Source of the DNA: an uncultured Acidimicrobiales bacterium
Lineage (GTDB): Bacteria; Actinomycetota; Acidimicrobiia; Acidimicrobiales; CADCTF01
Reading direction: 5' to 3'
DNA: 64,000 bases
Assembly: GCA_902805655.1 (NCBI GenBank)
Contig: CADCTF010000001.1
Span: 42,953 to 106,952 of the forward strand
Below are positions 59,620 through 64,000 of this stretch, in pieces; positions within the stretch are counted from its first letter, which is position 1, and each line of letters begins with the position of its first letter. The translations under genes and the position numbers were made by a program. The notes under the pieces were generated by a model. The model made no database searches and had not been told where the DNA came from. It worked only from the letters and a program-made list of their open reading frames with translations.

Positions 59620-60173
59620 TCCGCCAGGTGGCGGTTGAGAGCATGGAGGGTCGCACGAACCGCGGCCTGCTCGACGCTCGGTGCCACTGCCAGCCCGTAG
59701 CGCTCGCCGGCCACCTCGGATCGCAGCGCCAGCATCACGCCGTCACCGAGATGGCTCTCGAACGGGGCGGCGGTTTGGGGCGCGAACGGCACGTCTGCGC
59801 CCAGGCGCACCAGCGCCTCCAGGGTGGCCTCCGCCGCCGGCACCGCTCCCTCACCGCGACGTCGACCAACGGCATGCGCGCCGTCGTGGGCCAGACGCAC
59901 CTCGACCATCGAGCGGTCGTCCGCGGTTCGACGCTCCACGCTGACCACCCGCACCCTCGGCATTCCCATGCCGGCCGAGATCTCCAGCACGTGGGCCACA
60001 TCGAGGTGGGTGGCGCAGAGCTGCTCGCCCTTCGCCCGCAGAGAGCCGGCGTCCGGGGGGTCCACAGCCACCAGCTGCACCACCAGCACATCCCGGCGAT
60101 GCGTGAACGCGACGAAGGAGACACCTGGCAGGCGCCGCAGCTCCAGCTCGAGCAGGTCGACGCCCGCCGTCAT
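59592..60173 (-). CDS. hypothetical protein (193 aa) co-translated with the GGDEF cyclase
   Basis: High third-position G/C. ATGA overlap with the GGDEF gene stop. Two beta-alpha-beta-like halves (LRRLPGVSFVAFTHRRDVLVVQLVAV... and RVRVVSVERRTADDRSMVEVRLAH...). No family recognised. Confidence 0.6.
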   Translation of the reverse strand: MTAGVDLLELELRRLPGVSFVAFTHRRDVLVVQLVAVDPPDAGSLRAKGEQLCATHLDVAHVLEISAGMGMPRVRVVSVERRTADDRSMVEVRLAHDGAHAVGRRRGEGAVPAAEATLEALVRLGADVPFAPQTAAPFESHLGDGVMLALRSEVAGERYGLAVAPSVEQAAVRATLHALNRHLADQTFVPPSG

Positions 60174-61072
60174 CTGCGCTTCCGGCGATAGAGGCGCTCG
60201 TCGGCGAGGAGGAACAACCGGGCCGAGTCGGTGCCCTCGGAGGGCGCCATGGCCAGGCCGAGCGACACGCTCACACCGGCGGCGGGGACGGCGGCCTGCA
60301 CCGCATCCTCCAAGCGCTGCGCCAGCGACGGGAGCAGATCCTCGTCGCCCTCCGGGACGATGAGCGCGAACTCGTCGCCGCCGATCCGTGCGGCGGCGTC
60401 GCCGAGCCTGAGCCGCCGGCGGAGCTCGGAGCCGATGGCCAGGAGGGTCGCGTCCCCGGCGGCGTGCCCGAGGCGGTCGTTCACCGACTTGAAGCCGTCC
60501 ACGTCGATGAGGACGAGCCCGAAGGGCCAGCCATAGCGCTCGGCCTGGCTGCAGGCGGTGGTGAGCTCGACGTCGAACGACCGCCGGTTCAACAGCCCGG
60601 TGAGCGGGTCGTGCAACGAGTCATGTCGCGCCACGTCGAGGCGAAGCGCCAGCGCGCACAGGTCGGTCACGCTGCCCGCCGCGGCGCATGCTGCGCCGTC
60701 CGGAAGAGTGTGCAGGCCCAGCTGCCCGGCTTGCACGACGCCGCGCGCCCAGCTGCCGACGATGGGCCGCCGCCCGGCCCGGAACGCCTGCCGGCCGAGA
60801 CCGGCCTCTTCCACCACCAGGACAGCGTCCCCGGCCTCCGTCGAGGCGAGCACCTCCTCGAGCGCGGCGTAGACGAAGGCCACACCGAACTCCGCCGCCA
60901 CCAGCTGGGTGACGAGCCGACCCAGCATTCCCTCGGCCGCCGCGTGGTCTCCGGCCGTGACCCGACCCGACACATCACGGACAGCGCCAGCGTCGGGATC
61001 GATAGTCACTGTGAGAGAGGAAACCACACGTTGAGGCGCCATGGCGCGTCCGTTGTGACGCACCGTGGTCAT
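60170..61072 (-). CDS. diguanylate cyclase (GGDEF) with uncharacterised N-terminal sensor region
   Basis: 300 aa. DPLTGLLNRRSF, an RLGD I-site 5 aa before the canonical GGDEF (ARIGGDEFALIV), and ADERLYRRK. The start could instead be ATG 61042. Confidence 0.88.
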   Translation of the reverse strand: MTTVRHNGRAMAPQRVVSSLTVTIDPDAGAVRDVSGRVTAGDHAAAEGMLGRLVTQLVAAEFGVAFVYAALEEVLASTEAGDAVLVVEEAGLGRQAFRAGRRPIVGSWARGVVQAGQLGLHTLPDGAACAAAGSVTDLCALALRLDVARHDSLHDPLTGLLNRRSFDVELTTACSQAERYGWPFGLVLIDVDGFKSVNDRLGHAAGDATLLAIGSELRRRLRLGDAAARIGGDEFALIVPEGDEDLLPSLAQRLEDAVQAAVPAAGVSVSLGLAMAPSEGTDSARLFLLADERLYRRKRR

Positions 61073-61146
61073 CCTGGGGCATATGGCGCATCTTTCCGGT
61101 CCCGACCCGGTGAGGCAGGCGGCGCCCGGCCCGTTGTTAGCCTCGG

Positions 61147-62067
61147 GTGGTGGACGCGACCGGGGCCCCGCGACTCGTGGCCAAGGACGCGGAGATCGAC
61201 CTGACCCACCCGCGGCTGATGGGCATCGTGAACGCGAGCCCCGAGTCGTTCTCCGACGGGCGGGCCGACGACTCGCTGGCGGACCAGGTCGGTCGAGCGC
61301 TCGGCCTCCTCGACGAAGGTGCCGACATCCTGGACGTCGGGGGCCAGTCCGCCATCACGAACATGGCCGAGCTCGACGAGTCCTTGGAGATCGAGCGGGT
61401 GGTGCCCCTCATCCGGGCGGTCCTCCACCACAGGCCGGCGGCCGTCATCTCGGTCGACGCCTACCGCCCCCGCGTGGTCGAGGCGGCGCTGGCAGCCGGT
61501 GCGGCGATCGTCAACGACGTCAGTGCCCTGCTCCACCCGGAGGTGGCCTCCATGTCCGCCGGCTCGGGTGCGGCACTGGTGGTCATGCACACCCGGGCCC
61601 GACCGAAGCAACGCCTGCAGGATCCCTCGCTGTACGAAGACGTCGCTTCCGACGTGGTCGAGCTCCTGGCTGCCCGCATGGCCGCCGCCGTCGACCTCGG
61701 CGTCGCCCCCGACTCGATCATCCTGGACCCGGGCATCGACTTCTCGAAGACGCCGGCCCAGTCGATCGAGCTCCTGCAAGGGATGGAGCGGGTGCTCGGG
61801 CTGGGAAGGCCGTGCCTGCTGGCGCTGTCCCGCAAGGACTTCATCGGCGCCCTCACCGGTCGCCCACCGCGACAACGCCTGGCGGGCACGCTGGCCGCCC
61901 TGGGCTATGTGGGGTGGCGGCCCGGGGTCATCTACCGCGTGCACGACGTCGCGGCGGCGGGCGACTACCTCCGTGTACAGGGCGCGCTCGAGGGTCGCAT
62001 GTCCACCGACCCCGGACTCACCCTCCCTGACGAGATTCGCCACGAACGGAGCCGTGCCGGTGCCTAG
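61147..62067 (+). CDS. folP: dihydropteroate synthase family protein (FolP or FolP2-like)
   Basis: 306 aa. LMGIVNASPESFSDG, ADILDVGGQS, VSVDAY, IVNDVS, DPGIDFSKT and RVHDV motifs. Confidence 0.85.
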   Translation: MVDATGAPRLVAKDAEIDLTHPRLMGIVNASPESFSDGRADDSLADQVGRALGLLDEGADILDVGGQSAITNMAELDESLEIERVVPLIRAVLHHRPAAVISVDAYRPRVVEAALAAGAAIVNDVSALLHPEVASMSAGSGAALVVMHTRARPKQRLQDPSLYEDVASDVVELLAARMAAAVDLGVAPDSIILDPGIDFSKTPAQSIELLQGMERVLGLGRPCLLALSRKDFIGALTGRPPRQRLAGTLAALGYVGWRPGVIYRVHDVAAAGDYLRVQGALEGRMSTDPGLTLPDEIRHERSRAGA

Positions 62068-62083
62068 CGCGGCGGACCCGGTG

Positions 62084-62329
62084 ATGCGCAAGCGAGAACG
62101 CATTCGCAGCCTGGTGTCGCTGGGCAAGCGGGCCGGCTACGGCCTCTTCGCCATCGCCATCGCCGTGTTCTTCTGGGGCTTCGCCACGGGCTTCGAGGAC
62201 TGGATGGTGACCCTCGTGGCCGCCACCATGGCGGTCGGGTCCGCGCTGCTCGCGCCGGCCATCGTCTTCGGTTACGGCATCGGGGCGGCGGAGCGCGATG
62301 AGCGCGAGCGTCCGATTACTCGTCGGTAA
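62084..62329 (+). CDS. small two-TM membrane protein (81 aa)
   Basis: Tail of ORF 61319..62329. High third-position G/C. MRKRERIRSLVSLGKRAGYGLFAIAIAVFFWGF...MVTLVAATMAVGSALLAPAIVFGYG.... Alternative GTG starts at 62060 and 62081. Confidence 0.55.
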   Translation: MRKRERIRSLVSLGKRAGYGLFAIAIAVFFWGFATGFEDWMVTLVAATMAVGSALLAPAIVFGYGIGAAERDERERPITRR

Positions 62330-62361
62330 GGTGGCCATCACGCTCTCGAAGGGACCGACAC

Positions 62362-63465
62362 ATGGGCAAGGCCGCAGTTCTGACCGCGTTGCAGGCGCCG
62401 CTGGAGATCCGCGACGACGTCGAGCACGAGGCGCCGCACGCCGGTGAGCTGAAGATCCGGTTGGCGGCGTCGGGGGTGTGCCACAGCGACATGTCGGTGC
62501 AGAACGGCACCATCCCGCTCGGGCCACCGATGGTGCTCGGCCACGAGGGGGCCGGCGTGGTGGAAGAGGTCGGCTCCGGCGTCACGGGGTTCGAGGTCGG
62601 TGACCACGTCGTGCTGACCTTCGTACCGAACTGCCAGGAGTGCTTCTTCTGCCAGCGGAACCAGGGCTACCTGTGCGAGAAGTCGTCGATGCAGATGATG
62701 GGCGGGCTGCTGGACGGCACGACCCGCATGACGTCCCAAGGTCACGCCCTGAAGCAGATGGCCTTGTGCGGGACCTTCTCGGAGGTTGCCGTGGTGCCGG
62801 CCATCAGCGCCGTCCGCATCGACAAGGACGTGCCGCTGAAGATCGCTGCGCTCCTCGGTTGTGGCGTGCAGACCGGTGTCGGCGCGGCCACCAACACGGC
62901 CGACATCCGCAAGGGCGACACGGTCGCCGTCGTGGGGTGCGGTGGGGTCGGCCTCAACGTGGTGCAGGGAGCCCGCATCGCCGGCGCCGAGCGGATCATC
63001 GCCATCGACATGAACGACACCAAGCTGCGGTTGGCGGAGAGCTTCGGGGCGACCGACACGATCAACGCCTCCGACGGCGACCCGGTGGCACAGGTGCAGG
63101 CGCTGACCGGTGGGCGGGGGGCCGACGTCGCCTTCGAGGTCATCGGCCTGCAGTCGACCATCGAGCAGTCGATGGCCATGACCCGCAGCGGCGGTGAGAC
63201 GGTGCTGGTCGGTGTGCCGAGGCTCGACGTGAACCTCGTCTTCAACCCGGCCTTCGGCGCCATCTACACGGCCAAGACCCTGAAGGGCTGCTGGTACGGC
63301 TCCTCGAACGTGAACACCGAGATCCCGAAGCTGCTCGCGCTCTACCAGAGCGGTGAGCTGAAGCTCGACGAGCTCATCTCGCGAGAGATCAAGCTGGACG
63401 AGGTGAACGAGGCGTTCGACGCGATGAAGGGTGGCGAGGTAGCCCGCTCCGTCATCGTGTTCTGA
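62362..63465 (+). CDS. zinc-dependent alcohol dehydrogenase (class III-like MDR)
   Basis: 367 aa. GVCHSD, GHEGAGVVEEVG, structural-Zn Cys cluster CQECFFCQRNQGYLC, and GCGGVG cofactor motif. GAAGGGA 8 nt upstream. Confidence 0.9.
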   Translation: MGKAAVLTALQAPLEIRDDVEHEAPHAGELKIRLAASGVCHSDMSVQNGTIPLGPPMVLGHEGAGVVEEVGSGVTGFEVGDHVVLTFVPNCQECFFCQRNQGYLCEKSSMQMMGGLLDGTTRMTSQGHALKQMALCGTFSEVAVVPAISAVRIDKDVPLKIAALLGCGVQTGVGAATNTADIRKGDTVAVVGCGGVGLNVVQGARIAGAERIIAIDMNDTKLRLAESFGATDTINASDGDPVAQVQALTGGRGADVAFEVIGLQSTIEQSMAMTRSGGETVLVGVPRLDVNLVFNPAFGAIYTAKTLKGCWYGSSNVNTEIPKLLALYQSGELKLDELISREIKLDEVNEAFDAMKGGEVARSVIVF

Positions 63466-63469
63466 CCTC

Positions 63470-64000
63470 GTGCCCGCTCGCCTGCCGGCCGCCGGCCGCC
63501 GTCGCCAGCTGCTCGACGCAGCCCGTGGCGCCTTCGCCGAGAAGGGTTTCCACGCCACCTCGATGGACGAGGTGGCCGGGGCGGCAGGCGTGACCAAGCC
63601 CGTCATCTACCAGCACTTCGGCTCGAAGCGACAGCTCTTCCTCGAGCTGCTCGGCGACGTGGGCTCGGAGCTGCGGGACACCATCGCCAAGGCCAGCAGG
63701 AACGCCATCGGTCCGCGGGCGCGGGTCGAGGCCGGGTTCGCCGCCTACCTCCGGTTCGTGAGCGAGGATCGGGCCTCGTTCCGCCTGCTCTTCGCAGGCG
63801 GCACCCTTCGCGACGAGGAGTTCGCCAAGGCGGCGATGCAGGCCGAGCAGGCGATGGCCGAGACGATCGCCTCGATGATCGACGCCGACATCAGCCTCGA
63901 GCACCGCCTCCTCCTGGCCCACGCCATCACCGGCATGGCCGACGGCGTCTCCCGCCACTGGGTGGCGAACCAACCCGGGCTCTCGCCCGAGGAGCTGGCC
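63470..64000 (+). CDS. TetR-family transcriptional regulator; 3' end beyond the window end
   Basis: Not in the ORF track (no in-window stop). GTG 63470 gives VPARLPAAGRRRQLLDAARGAFAEKGFHATSMDEVAGAAGVTKPVIYQHFGSKRQLFLELL..., a classic TetR N-terminal HTH. The listed minus ORF 63452..63973 is its antisense shadow. Confidence 0.85.
   Translation, partial: MPARLPAAGRRRQLLDAARGAFAEKGFHATSMDEVAGAAGVTKPVIYQHFGSKRQLFLELLGDVGSELRDTIAKASRNAIGPRARVEAGFAAYLRFVSEDRASFRLLFAGGTLRDEEFAKAAMQAEQAMAETIASMIDADISLEHRLLLAHAITGMADGVSRHWVANQPGLSPEELA

Noticed and set aside
61011-61029. TGTGA...CCACA CRP-like sequence near the GGDEF gene start
   Set aside because: The half-sites are 9 nt apart instead of 6, the right half is imperfect, and the sequence lies inside the coding region.
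62338-63973. 422-aa and 173-aa minus-strand ORFs opposite the alcohol dehydrogenase and TetR genes
   Set aside because: Both are antisense shadows. The plus-strand products carry the GVCHSD/GHEGAG zinc-ADH motifs and a TetR HTH respectively.

Overview
This is a 64-kb chromosomal segment that is uniformly very GC-rich (about 70 percent by eye, not computed). Gene content and local synteny match an Actinomycetota core region: a WhiB1-like gene beside a PdtaS-type kinase, a SigB/F-type sigma with its anti-sigma, an LCP ligase, a sortase, Lgt, DUF3107 plus paired ArsA/Get3-like ATPases, and F420-type LLM and FrhB-like enzymes. I call 73 protein-coding genes. The first and last are cut by the window edges and are missing from the ORF track because they have no in-window stop. 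I also call two strong hairpin terminators, two weaker stem-loops, one perfect CRP-type box, one perfect 12-bp palindromic operator candidate, and 16 TANNNT -10 hexamers lying 6-9 nt before start codons. I saw no rRNA, tRNA, CRISPR array, IS/transposase, integrase or phage gene. Most long Arg/Pro/Gly-rich ORFs in the track are antisense or out-of-frame shadows of real genes, as expected at this GC content. I moved many starts inward from the track coordinates using family N-termini, overlaps and promoter placement. Items most worth a second look: (1) an uncharacterised histidine-phosphatase / DUF3090 / PI3-PI4-kinase-like trio; (2) a complete, tightly coupled System I ccmABCDEFGH(+I-like) operon, unusual for an actinobacterial background, next to ccdA and an atypical sortase; (3) a GGDEF cyclase, an unknown 193-aa protein and a DUF5317 membrane protein as one module; (4) a signalling island with GAF-ANTAR, a receiver with an unrecognised output domain, a Cys/His-rich bridging mini-ORF and a PAS-AGDEF-EAL protein; (5) an lgt-DUF3107-ArsA-ArsA chain; (6) a widespread leaderless promoter architecture. 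All family assignments rest on motif recognition by eye, because no database search was possible.
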